Counted from the first letter of the whole stretch, positions 1 to 11,168 are shown. The stretch: 62,839 nt of DNA, filler included, from Rhabdomonas costata (GCA_019059605.1; 47 parts of 47 records of this genome joined end to end with filler, not necessarily neighbours in it); one strand, 5' to 3'. A program made the numbers and translations. Notes: a model not told the origin generated them from the sequence alone.

Positions 1-1
1 T

Positions 2-1241
2 CATAGGGAATCAAGTCACTTGCATGGAAAACCGGATGAGCTCTTCCTCGAATTTCTTTTGGAATGTCCAGCACAAATGTGTTCTTCGTGATCAGCTTGA
101 CAATGGGAAAGGGTCCCACCGCCTTCGGCATCAGCGGTCCCTTTGGGACTCCAAACTTCCCCTGATAATGCCTCCTTCGACTGATTAGAACATCTTGTCC
201 CACACAGAACTGGTAGTTCGCTCTCTTCCGATTCGCATACTGCTTGGCCCTCTCCTGTTCTTTTCGAAACGCTTCGTGAACTGCCTTCCACTCTGACTTC
301 ATTCTGCGAATCGTAACACGCACTGCCTCGGTCTTAGCTCCCCAAGCTGGCTCCTCAGTCTCTGGCAAGTCCCACCAAAAGACTGGATGGTAGCCAAAGT
401 TCAAGTAGAAAGGACTATACTCTGTGTTTGCTATTGGTGCGCTGTTGATTGCTATCTCTGCAAGCACTAACAAGTCTGGCCACTTCGCCTCTGGCCTTGT
501 CAACAACAACGTCCGCAACACCTGCTTCAAGGTCTGGTTCGTCCTCTCTGCCTGTCCGTTGGTCTGTGGGTGATACGGCGACGATCTCCTGAGCTGAACG
601 TCCAGAAACTTCATCAGCTCTTTCCAAAACAACGAGATGAACACCGAGTCCCGATCACTCACAATGGACCTTGGCAATCCGTGATAACGCACCACCTCCC
701 ACCAAAACAACTCTGCAATCTGCGCTGCGTTCATGGTACTGTGACACGGAATCAACACTACCATTTTTGTCGCTCGGTCCGTCACCGTCAGCACCTCGTC
801 CACATCTTGCTCTGCCATCGTAACTGTGCTCGCTGGTAACGACACAAAGTCCACTGACACCGACTCCCACTTTCGTACAGGGATTTCTAAGTTCTGCAAG
901 TGTCCCCTGGGCAAGTGATGGTCTGCCTTTCCTCTCTGGCAGATGTCACAAGTCCGAACGTACGCCCTCACTTTCCGCTTCATGTTCCTGAAGGTAAACA
1001 TCCTCTTCAGCATCCCTGCTGTCCTGGTCACTCCCCAATGACCCGCGGCTGGGGAATCGTGATACCTCGAAATTACCTCCGTCTCTCGAGTCCTGGGCAC
1101 TACAATCTTTCCCTCGTCCCAAATCCGACCATGGTGCCACTGCTCTGGACTCTTCAACTCTTTCGTCACTGAGTCGAAGTACTTTCTCCGAACCTCTGGG
1201 TCTAACCAGTAGTCCTCCCACCAATCTTCCGGAGGTGTCAC
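2..1241 (-). mobile_element. Ty3/gypsy LTR-retrotransposon pol fragment (integrase), reading frame open across the whole contig
   Basis: Manual translation (absent from the ORF track because no stop falls in the window). It shows HHCC zinc finger (YHDSPAAGHWG...TCDICQR), DDE core (WESVSVDF, IVSDRDSVF, YHPQTNGQAERTNQTL), YSPFYLNFGYHP and a GPY/F module (PKAVGPFPI...HPVFHASDL). Confidence 0.95.
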
Positions 1242-1341
1242 NNNNNNNNNNNNNNNNNNNNNNNNNNNNNNNNNNNNNNNNNNNNTTAATTAATTAANNN
1301 NNNNNNNNNNNNNNNNNNNNNNNNNNNNNNNNNNNNNNNNN
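1242..1341. other. Artificial contig spacer N44-TTAATTAATTAA-N44 (first of 46, about every 1.34 kb)
   Basis: An identical 100-nt block with a six-frame stop linker recurs throughout, and composition changes abruptly across it. Confidence 0.99.
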
Positions 1342-1643
1342 TTGTTGTTTTTTTATAATATAAATCATACACGGAACAATACCGATATATTCAAGATAAA
1401 ATAACTTTTTTTTACGTAAACCGAAAAATCCGATTACATGATCATTGACATATATACAAAAATATAATTCATTTGATTTGTCAAAATTAATAATTGAATC
1501 AATAAATGTATTAATTTCTTGATTTGATTTTTTTTATAAAATAATGCTTTTACATTGTCTTCATCATTAAATATTTCATTTAAATCAGATTTATTATGTA
1601 CATTAACAATTTTACAGAATGTACGTTTTGTTTTAAATTCCAT
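1342..1643 (-). CDS. Putative GNAT-like acetyltransferase, AT-rich (virus-like), one frameshift at an A8 run, 3' truncated
   Basis: MEFKTKRTFCKIV...ALFYKK then, after a frame shift at about 1528-1535, SNQEINTFIDSIINFDKSNELYFCIYVNDHVIGFFGLRKKKLFYLEYIGIVP, resembling GNAT beta2-beta4 strands. Confidence 0.45.
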
Positions 1644-1802
1644 ATACTTACATAAAGAAACAAAAAATAAAACAAAAAATAAATTCAAGATTATGTAAAG
1701 TTTAAAAAATTATTTATAATTTAAATTCAAGAACATGATAATCTTAATTTAAATGAATATATTTAAATTAAAATTTATTTTAATATTACGTAAAGAAAGA
1801 AA

Positions 1803-2153
1803 TTAAACACCGAATTTTCTACAATGACAGCAATATTTTTGAGAAGTATAATTGTTAATTGTTCCACAATGATAACATACATATCTATATGAATTTGGAC
1901 TTGTATACGGAACTGATCGATAACGATATTTATTTGATGTAGTACTTCGATTATGTTGGTGTGTTGTATGGTCATACAAATGTTCATTTGTACCATTTGC
2001 ACAAACTAAATATCTACATGACAAACATATATATTTTATCAATACAATATCTCGTTCAATTACATATTTGTACATAGCGACATCTCGATCACAAGCATCA
2101 CAAATACCACCGTCTTTGTGATCATAAAGATACATATCAATTTGTTGTACCAT
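1803..2153 (-). CDS. Small Cys-rich zinc-ribbon protein (virus-like)
   Basis: Complete 116-aa intronless ORF in very AT-rich DNA with four CxxC-type pairs (CDAC, CLSC, CYHC, CCHC) and A-rich ATG context. Confidence 0.7.
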   Translation of the reverse strand: MVQQIDMYLYDHKDGGICDACDRDVAMYKYVIERDIVLIKYICLSCRYLVCANGTNEHLYDHTTHQHNRSTTSNKYRYRSVPYTSPNSYRYVCYHCGTINNYTSQKYCCHCRKFGV

Positions 2154-2333
2154 TGTTTTTTATTTTTATAAAGTCAATATTGTTTATATATAATAATTTA
2201 ATAATATATATTAATATATAATGTAATAATTTAAATAAAAATTCATTAAATATTAATATATATTATTATAAATATATTTATAATATATAAAATAAATATA
2301 TAAAGTAAAATATAATATGTAACAGTAAAAAAC

Positions 2334-2580
2334 ATGCAAGAAGACAACATTTATACAATTGATACAACAAAATGTTATAGTAACACTGAGTTACAACATA
2401 TTATTGATGTTTGTAAAAAAAATAGATGAAAATCATTATGGTACTGTAAAAAATTTTTTAGAAAAATATATATCATTACAAAATGTATGTATACAAAATG
2501 AATTATTAACATTGCTGAGTAATATAAAACTCATTGAACACGAGAAACACACTTTGGATAATGAAATCGCAACAACCCCC
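2334..2580 (+). CDS. Hypothetical virus-like protein, frameshift at an A8 run, 3' truncated
   Basis: ATG at 2334 gives MQEDNIYTIDTTKCYSNTELQHIIDVCKK. Removing one A at 2415-2422 continues into IDENHYGTVKNFLEKYISLQ. Confidence 0.5.
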
Positions 2581-4397
2581 NNNNNNNNNNNNNNNNNNNN
2601 NNNNNNNNNNNNNNNNNNNNNNNNTTAATTAATTAANNNNNNNNNNNNNNNNNNNNNNNNNNNNNNNNNNNNNNNNNNNNGTGGTGGGTGTGTGTGGGGT
2701 TTTGTTGAATTGCGATTCATTTCACGCAATGGCCGGCAAAATAAAATGAAAAAAAAAGGAGGCGACCCTGCCCCAGTGTGCGGATCCTCTACTTTTCCTG
2801 CTATGCGATACGCGTCCCTTGCCGCTGGGTTCAAATAGATATTTTGCGCGGGGTTAGGTAGCGGTGCATGTGCCCCCCGGCACATCTCCAGAGTGTGTTC
2901 CAAAGCCAATAATCCTTGGTGCGTTTTTCGGCCTACCACACGGACTGAGTAGGGTTTGTGGGGCGATGCATATGCCTCGACGCTGACCTAGGTCTCATAT
3001 CTGAAGTTCTCGTCAGAAAGAAAATTCAGTCCAGTCAGTGGGTTGAACACCGGGGGAGGTTTTCCAAAAAAAAAAACTGTCAGGAGAGGTCCCCGTTTTG
3101 GTTCATCGCCAAAAAAGATTGGATAAGAAAAATTCTCCCAAGAGAGTAAACAATTCAATCGACATGACCTTTCACCTTACCTTACCTTACTTTTCCTTAC
3201 CTACCCTACCTTATCAATTTTCCACGAAATTTAAGCAAAATCAAGTTTCTGAAACAACGGGTGTATGGCTGCCTTGCTTTTCAGCAAGATCCTTTCTCTG
3301 GGGGTTTCATGTGCAATGTGTGTGTGATACCCAGGCTGCGGTGTACGGGCACAGTGTCAAGCCCACGTCAAACCACTGCTCTTCCTGGGCCACCCACGAC
3401 GCCACCACGTTATTGGTGCCCCACACGGGCTTGAAGCTGAAGGGAAGCGTGTTAGGTTCCTGCCCACGAAAAATACCCCCCAACCATCGCCCAAATGATT
3501 TAAATTCCATCCAGGTACGTAAATACAAGGGAGTGTGGTTTCATGTTTCGTTCTGAAGTGTCTCTCGTGCGGTAAGCAAAAACCCAAAACCCGCCGCGCC
3601 TGAGGCACGACAGCCTTAATTTCATTGAAACATTTTTGCATGCATGCATGCATGCATACATGCCAAGATATCGTCAGCAGGGGTTCAACTGCTCTACTCC
3701 TAGGCACTGGTTCAATTTTTCAAATTTAAAAGTCTGTTTCCGGTTCAAACAAACGTTCAATATTTTCGTTGACGAAACAGAGACACGATTGGCCCATTGG
3801 CCATTGCTGAGGTGGTGACTTTCCTTTGGGCCTTGCTAACTTTTTTTTTCGAAAACAAAAGGTAAAAACCAATTAGGACACCATCCAACTCTCTCTCAAA
3901 GACTGTAATACAAACACCCNNNNNNNNNNNNNNNNNNNNNNNNNNNNNNNNNNNNNNNNNNNNTTAATTAATTAANNNNNNNNNNNNNNNNNNNNNNNNN
4001 NNNNNNNNNNNNNNNNNNNGTGGGGTTGGGCAAAGATAGGAGTTAGCATTGCAAAAAGCTGGAAAAAAAAACAGCGCTTCAAAAAACCCAACAGAATCCT
4101 CCTCAGCCCGGCCCCACCACCAAAAGGATAATGGATGCTAAAGTTCAGCAGACCTAAAAGCCAACGACAAGGGCTCCGCAACAATGAAATGAAAATGGAA
4201 CGAGTGGGCACCACGAGAAGTTCTTAAGTGCTTCGTCTGCTGCCCAGCCCCATAACCAGAGTCATTGCATTTCTTTGCTTTGTTTTGCCATACCACAGCT
4301 TAGTCCAGGTGAAGTTGATTCGAGAGGAATCTTGGCCACTAGAGACTCCAAAATAACAGAGGGATCAGGGAAGGGACAAACTGCCCTTGTCTGTTGG

Positions 4398-4795
4398 GGA
4401 TCGAGATCAACGGCAGCCCATAGGTCACTGCCGTGGCACGGTTGACGTAGCTGATGGCGTAGGGTGTGGTCTGCAACAAGAGAGGAGGCAGGGACCACGC
4501 TTGAGGTCTTGAGGTTCCCGTCTTCGTCTGAGCACGTTTGCTCTGCAAGCTGGCCGTAATGACACCTTCTTAACATTCTACCAATGCCGATAGGGCGAAG
4601 GGAACTTGGTGATCGGCTCATGATTCATGGTTATAGTATCGCTGCACCTCCATCTCCCGAATATACGTCTCCACTCTGGCACTGATCCATCGCGATCCTT
4701 TGCCTGGTTGAAAATCAACGGCGACCCTCTTGCGCAAACCAAGAAGATAAGGTTTAGACCGCAAATATCTAGGAACGCGTCGTCGCACCACAATC
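4398..4795 (-). CDS. Tentative three-exon fragment of an unknown protein
   Basis: Splice-compatible exons can be joined as GIVVRRRVPRYLRSKPYLL|GKGSRWISARVETYIREME|TTPYAISYVNRATAVTYGLPLISIPNRQ. This needs a 36-nt intron and probably a GC donor after the last exon. Confidence 0.3.
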
Positions 4796-6044
4796 CCTGT
4801 GTGAAATCGAAGAAGAAGCTTGGATGCGGGTTTTTGGAAGCCATTGTCCGTTCCTCTGTTGTGAGAACACCGCGAAACCCCAGCGCACACACACACACAC
4901 ACACGCATCACGTGCACAAGGCATGGTTTTGGTGGAGGACTTTCTGCCTCCAAAGGGTTTATACTCGGGCTATCCACCGCCTCCCCCGAACGATCCACAC
5001 ATCCCCCCCTCCTCCGGTTGGTTCGGCTGCTCGTAGTCGTCAACCACACCGGCGAGCACGCAGAGCGCAGACATGCCCTTCCCACATGCTAAGACTTTGA
5101 TGGTGGTGGGCCCAGCACTTTCTGCTGATTCGAATAGAACCTTTGCAGGGGTTAGGAGGCGACACCTAGGATAGAAGGCGAAGCACGAAAGGCGCATTAA
5201 ACAGGGGTTCTAGGGAATGTGCCGAAAGCTCGGTGGCGTCTCTTCGACTCTGTTTCTGCNNNNNNNNNNNNNNNNNNNNNNNNNNNNNNNNNNNNNNNNN
5301 NNNTTAATTAATTAANNNNNNNNNNNNNNNNNNNNNNNNNNNNNNNNNNNNNNNNNNNNGGGGTTCTGTGGACCAACAAAGGATGGAGGGGTTGGCTTGG
5401 TGGGGGTGATTTTGCGCTCCAAGGAAGTGGCAACCTTGATGCTCTCCACGATCAGAAATGCAGTCCAAGAATTTTGCTTCCGTGCCATTGCCACTTGACT
5501 CACTGATCAACCGACTTTTGTTCTAGTGTGTCGCAATGAATAAAAGCTGCAAGTTTCGACCCTCAGTTCTTCCAACGGACTTAATGATGCTTTCAAAAAA
5601 CAGACTGGCAGTGCCTGGGCTGTGGCAACGTCAACTTCGCGCGGCGGCTGGAGTGCAAGCAATGCGGGGCCCCACGCACTCCGCAGTGCCCGCCTGCCTA
5701 TGCCCCCACCCATGCCGCCCTGAGGGACCCCGAAACGGCGTTTGTTGCCTACACAGTGACCGCTGCTGCGGCGATGTACGGTGGGGAGCTCCTGCCCCCC
5801 ATCCTTTTCCGCCTTGGGCCGCCACAATGGTGCACTTGGGCGTTGGAGTTGGGGTCAGTTTTTGTGGTTTGGATTTACATTCCCCGAGACTGGTGTTTGA
5901 GGTATGGCAAAAAGGAACAAACCCAGGCAAGGATGCATGGGCTATATATCCACAGTGCGGAAAACACGAGACACGAGAAGAACCGCGAAAAACGCGGCTT
6001 GCGTTCGGTTCCGCATGGATTTCACGCCGACCATAGTGTTCCAG

Positions 6045-6582
6045 GTGGACTGGGACAATCTGGGACACAGTCTAGAAACGGAATTGGCGGAATGCAGGGT
6101 TGGGCGATCCCTCACCCACAGCTGGCTCCCAGTCTACCACCCATAACTGCTCCCTTTCATTCTAAAAACGCAAACACACACATTCTAAACACACACACAC
6201 ACCATTTGCAAACACACAGTGCGGAGAGGGTTTTGTTGTTTAAATTGAATTCTGAAGAAAGTGCTGAAAATGATGGGAAAAAATTCGTATTAAGGGTTGT
6301 GCGGTTCGTATGTTTACCCCCTAGGCTGGCGACTGGTATTGCCCAAGCTGTGGCAACCTCTGCTTTGCGTCACAAAGTGAGGTAGATGCCCCCCTTGCCC
6401 ACTTGCTTCCATTACGCAACTGTTGATATTTCTTTTTGATAGTTGGGTGTTAATGGTGCTTCTTTGTCTGGTTGTTGGTCCATCATTTTTTTGCCTCAAC
6501 AGTGCAAGTTTTGTGGTACTGCCCGTGACGCTGGCGTTGGTGGTAAGAGCGGTGGCGGGGACTCCAACTACCCTCCTGACTG
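6045..6582 (+). CDS. RanBP2-type zinc-finger protein (exons 6045-6098, 6325-6381, 6503-6582)
   Basis: GT-AG splicing rebuilds CRAGDWYCPSCGNLCFASQSE|CKFCGTAR (W-x-C-x2-C-x10-C-x2-C). A probable second finger starts at YPPDW. Confidence 0.8.
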
Positions 6583-6704
6583 GTCTATTTTCGTCATTTC
6601 GTGCNNNNNNNNNNNNNNNNNNNNNNNNNNNNNNNNNNNNNNNNNNNNTTAATTAATTAANNNNNNNNNNNNNNNNNNNNNNNNNNNNNNNNNNNNNNNN
6701 NNNN

Positions 6705-6878
6705 TTTTTTTTTGTATGTCGACATTATTTTAACAAATATTTTTGAATCCTGTTTTAAAGTAATAAATGGTTTTTCTAGGAAATTATCTTTTTTTATTAT
6801 TTTTAACATTCCCAACTTTATTTTATTTGTTTTTGATTTTTTAATTTCATTCTCGATATTTTTAATTTCATTGTCCAT
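6705..6878 (-). CDS. Lys/Ile-rich hypothetical protein (virus-like), 3' truncated
   Basis: Open from ATG 6878 to the contig edge (MDNEIKNIENEIKKSKTNK...), divergent from the 7358 gene, AT-rich codon usage. Confidence 0.55.
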
Positions 6879-7060
6879 TTTTAATTATGAATTCATTCTT
6901 TTCTTTAAATACAAATAATTGTAAAATTAATTTAAATTTGAAATTATTCGAAGATAAATAAGTATATGTATGATCTTGTGTAATATATTATTTTAGTTAA
7001 TTTTACAAGTCAACCATATATATATTCAAATGATAATTAATGAAATTGTTAAAATATTGT

Positions 7061-7230
7061 TATATACAACTATATACTTCTATATACTGTTACATGTACT
7101 GAATTATATTGATCTATATATACTTCTATATACTTCTATATACTGTTACATGTACTGAATTCTATTGTTATATATACTATTATATACTTCTATATACTGC
7201 TAAATGAACTGAATTCTATTGTTATATATA
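7061..7230. repeat. Three tandem imperfect copies of an approximately 55-bp unit
   Basis: TATATACTTCTATATACTG(T/C)TA(C/A)ATG(T/A)ACTGAATT(A/C)TATTG occurs at about 7071, 7127 and 7181. Confidence 0.9.
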
Positions 7231-7236
7231 TGTAAA

Positions 7237-7244
7237 AAAATTGA
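7237..7244 (+). promoter_or_regulatory. Mimiviridae-type early promoter motif AAAATTGA
   Basis: Exact AAAATTGA in an AT-rich intergenic region, about 115 nt upstream of ATG 7358 on the same strand. Confidence 0.6.
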
Positions 7245-7357
7245 AATTTTAAATGTCTGAGAATATAAATAAATATACTTAAACAAATAAGAATCTATAC
7301 TATACATAAACAAAAAATAATCAAATCTTGAAAAGTAGTTATTGCAATCAAAATAAA

Positions 7358-7944
7358 ATGACCAGCAAAAAAAATACTAAAGCCAATGTTGAAGTTGAAC
7401 CAACTGTTGAAGTTGAATCGACTGTTGTTTTTGATAAATTTGACATTAATAAATGCAAAATAGGAGGTTGGTTTGGAGAAAATGATTATTGTAAAATGTC
7501 GCCAATACAATATAAATATAATGGTGCAACATCATATGCAAATTTATGTTTAATTGTAGATCCTATTACAATGGTTATTTTTGGATTTCCATTTGTACCA
7601 GAAGACAAGTCTAAGCTTCTACCACAAATCAGAGTACCATTTGATATGGAACAACCAGTTTGTGTTCGTCTTAGAGAAATTATTTCAGGTATTGATGAAA
7701 AATTTCTTCAAGAAAAAGATACTATTTTGGAACCACTTATAACTGAGTATAATCTTGCAGCTAGAATGAAGAAAAAGCCAACTATTAAATTGCAAAATAT
7801 CAAGTTTCTACCAACAATTAAACCAATAAAACCAATTGATGATGAAGATAATGAAAAGAAAATTAAACAATATGAAACATTTTATGCAAAACTAAATAAG
7901 CGAGATAAAGAAAATTTCTCAACAAAACTTATTATCCAAACAAA
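7358..7944 (+). CDS. Giant-virus-like protein, probably DUF2738 / ssDNA-binding family, 3' truncated
   Basis: Intronless ORF of about 195 aa. PIQYKYNG..., QIRVPFDMEQPVCVRLREIISGIDEKF and the later FLPTIKP/FYAKL segments resemble mimivirus-family DUF2738 proteins as I recall them (not searched). Confidence 0.6.
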
Positions 7945-9029
7945 NNNNNNNNNNNNNNNNNNNNNNNNNNNNNNNNNNNNNNNNNNNNTTAATTAATTAA
8001 NNNNNNNNNNNNNNNNNNNNNNNNNNNNNNNNNNNNNNNNNNNNGGGTTGGGGGTTGGGGGTTGGTTGAGAAGCTTTGCTTGTCTTGCCACGGGAAGAAG
8101 GTCGTTCACATGCTGGAAAAAATGCTGAATATGATTGAGCACGATGGTCGAACTCGATTATCATGTTTGGCGAGGCGCGCAGAACCGGGGGCGCCGGATG
8201 CTTCCAGACCTACTGGAAGATGCACCTCGGTTGATAAGTTTAATAGGAGCTGTTAAATGAACGAGCTGCAAAGTTGATCTGGCGGAAGAAGCCAGTCTGG
8301 GAGCCCTCACCGCTAACACGTTGTTCTGCTCGCTTCATGCAACCTTGCACAGCCTCCTGATTTATGAATGCTTCTCAATTGTCTGCTTCCCAAGCTGCTT
8401 TATGCGCCATTCTATGTCCAGTTCTGCCATTTGGTTACCAAACGGTGTTAAACGCCGTTGTGGAGCAAGGGAATAGAAAACGTTACGCGTGTTTAACGGC
8501 ACTATGAGTGGGTGTGATTGGTGCAAAGCTTTATGCTCCTATTGCCGGTGGTGATGATGTGAACCTTATCGGGTTTGCTAAGGAGTAAATAGTTTTTTGG
8601 AGGGAGAAGGTTTGCGGTGGTAGTACAGAAATAGAGTGACATTTTCGTCTTATTAGCAAGAATGCACCTCCGAATAATGGTATTGTAGTGCAAGGGGTCA
8701 TCTGATCTGTGCCGGCGTATCAAAAAGGAATATCCAAGTAGCAGCGTTTGCATGGGCTAGCACTCCAAAAATACTCCCGTACGATTAGCCCATTGCTGGG
8801 CTATAGTGAAAGAATAAGGTAGCGTTAGGTAAGGGTGTAATCCAGGCGGAAACGTGACCTTTAAACCAGTAAAAGTTGCCCTCTCTCCCATCCATCAACA
8901 TTAAAAGCACACCCAGGCAGGTATTGTCACACGACGGCTCCTCGGTGACCGTCACTTTCAGCTTATACGCCTGCAAGGAGAAGAGGAGTTCCAGCACATG
9001 TTGTGACGGATGCCTTCGTGCCTCCTCAG

Positions 9030-9244
9030 GACATGCCCAGCTCGGAATACCGGCCGACGGTTGGGGTGCGCATCCTCGAGTACGAAGCCACCGGGCTGAA
9101 CCTCAACCGTACCACCACTGGGCCCCAGCCCTCGCGGTACACGCCAGGCACCGGCACCAGCAAAGCCGCTGTGGAGTTATGGGATGTCAGCGGGGCGGCT
9201 CGGTACCAGAGCTGCTGGCCTGCCGTAATGAAGGACGCCAACGG
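9030..9244 (+). CDS. IFT22: Intraflagellar transport protein 22 (RABL5), internal exon
   Basis: EYRPTVGVRILEYE...VELWDVSG..RYQSCWPAVMKDANG matches IFT22/RabL5 signatures, flanked by cag and gt. Confidence 0.9.
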
Positions 9245-9647
9245 GTGCGCCGTGCTCGAAAATGCCACATCCACACCCACNNNNNNNNNNNNNNNNNNNN
9301 NNNNNNNNNNNNNNNNNNNNNNNNTTAATTAATTAANNNNNNNNNNNNNNNNNNNNNNNNNNNNNNNNNNNNNNNNNNNNGTTTTGTTTGCATTCTATTG
9401 CCAGTGATTTACGTCTTCTGCCGTCTATCTGATTCGAGACTTGGATTTTTGGAGAGAAACCCCGGCAAGCGAAACTCTCAGGATACAGAGGGTCCGGGTC
9501 CAAAAGAAAAATCCTGGGAGCACTTTGGCTTTAGCTCTGTGAAGCTCCAAATCAACGGAGCTTTGCGGTTCCATTTCCAAAACCGTTCCTATGAGTCCCC
9601 ACGGGCAGTTTTTTGCCTCCAACACCCCCACCCCTCACACGCGCAGC

Positions 9648-10456
9648 ACGTCGAGGAAGAGCGGGCCCGCAACCGCACCCGCGTCAGCGAGATCAACACC
9701 TACGTGCAGCTCATCACGCACGAGGTCAACTCGTACACCAGTGGAGAGGAGGACCCAGCCTACGTCCCCGCATGAGAACGCTCGAGCCACCTGGTGGATC
9801 CCCTCGGGTTCTCCAGGGGGGCGTGAAACTGGGAGTGCTTTTGAATGTGCAGCATATCCCACCCTGTTTCAAGGTTTTGCATGTGTGTTCCTGTGGAGGG
9901 GGTTGGTAGTCCGCTTCCCGCCGATCGTTTGTATACTTCTGCTTCTTGTCGCTCCTGTAATGTTTTTGCTTGCTACGCTGGGCTTTTCAGAGTCACTGCC
10001 CGCCTGCGACAAATGTGCCGCAGTTGACCGTTTAGATCTCTTTGTGTTCGAGAATTGAGGGAGTCATTCGCACTCAAGGACGCGACCCACAACTTGTTCC
10101 CTTGTGCAAAAAACCATCGGGAGGGGTTGTGAGCATCCTGTCGACACCCTGTTTTCTGCTCTCATTACCAGACAGCAACCTCAATTTCTGCTGCACTGCC
10201 CTTGAGGGGCCTGCCCTTCCTTACAATGGCTCCAGTCTTGGAATAATATTCTTTCTGTTGGTTGCTGCAGAACTTCATTTGTTGACTTTCTGGGGCTCTT
10301 TTTTCTTCCCCTTCTGCTCTTCGTACTTTCTCGAGTACCAATGGGGGAACACCCCCCTGGACCCAGGCAGCAGGTGGTGGTGCTAAATGGTGCTCTGCGC
10401 ACCGTCACTCGGGAAGAGCTCCGGGCATCTATATGGAAAGCCTCCGCGTTCGCTGG
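9648..10456 (+). CDS. Two exons of an unknown protein (about 9648-9764 and 10374-10456)
   Basis: GC3-rich exons bounded by AG and GT: HVEEERARNRTRVSEINTYVQLITHEVNSYTSGEEDPAY|VVVLNGALRTVTREELRASIWKASAFA. Confidence 0.5.
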
Positions 10457-11168
10457 TATGCATCTCTTTTCGGCCATGGCCGACGGCCTTGGGACCTTCG
10501 GTTGTTCTAAGAAGCATTTGTGACTGAACAGCAACTACTGTTAATCCACTTGAATAGTAGAGTAATAGCAATTTATTGCGCGTTTCTTCTCAAAAGTGTG
10601 AGTTTCCTACACCAAAACCCNNNNNNNNNNNNNNNNNNNNNNNNNNNNNNNNNNNNNNNNNNNNTTAATTAATTAANNNNNNNNNNNNNNNNNNNNNNNN
10701 NNNNNNNNNNNNNNNNNNNNGTGTTGGGTGTGGTTGGTGGGTGTGGGTAGTGCTGGGGTGTCACAGCTATGGAGTCATCGGCGTGTGCTTCCCCGGTGAT
10801 CGGGGTGTCAGTGCCAAGTGGACATTGATGTTCCCCCTGTGTGTGGACGGTTGAGGGTGGAGTGCAACCCTCTCTTCAGAATTTCTCTCCGATGCATACT
10901 TTCTGGCACTTTGGGAACGCACCTGCCAGCCCCCCGCAGTTTAGATTTCGATGGATGGGCGTTCCTCTCTCACCCATTTTTTACGGTATTGTGCACTGAC
11001 CTGGTGCGGTGGAGTCGATAACAACCGGGTGCCATCTGAAGACCACTCCGGAAATTACATGAAAAGATTTGCTGACCTTATTGAACCAATCGATGTGCAG
11101 GCTCCGGCTGAGAAGGGGTAGAGCCACAGTTTCCTCTTTCACGCTGCCGCTGTATGCTACCTTTGCAG

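Noticed and set aside
415-1224. Several ORF-track proteins in the first contig
   Set aside because: They are alternative-frame or antisense shadows of the integrase frame, which the track omitted.
2681-2700. G/T-rich contig ends as telomeres of gene-sized nanochromosomes
   Set aside because: The polarity is opposite to telomeres (G-rich at the 5' end), there is no fixed repeat unit, and contigs cut genes mid-exon or mid-intron.
3213-3220. TCAATTTT (reverse AAAATTGA) in host-like contigs
   Set aside because: An isolated 8-mer with no AT-rich viral context or credible downstream ORF, as expected by chance.
4287-4300. GCCATACCAC resembling the start of 5S rRNA
   Set aside because: The downstream sequence lacks 5S internal boxes and helix pairing.
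1342-9280. Virus-like fragments lying between host genes as evidence of integration
   Set aside because: Adjacency is created by concatenation, and no contig shows a virus-host junction.
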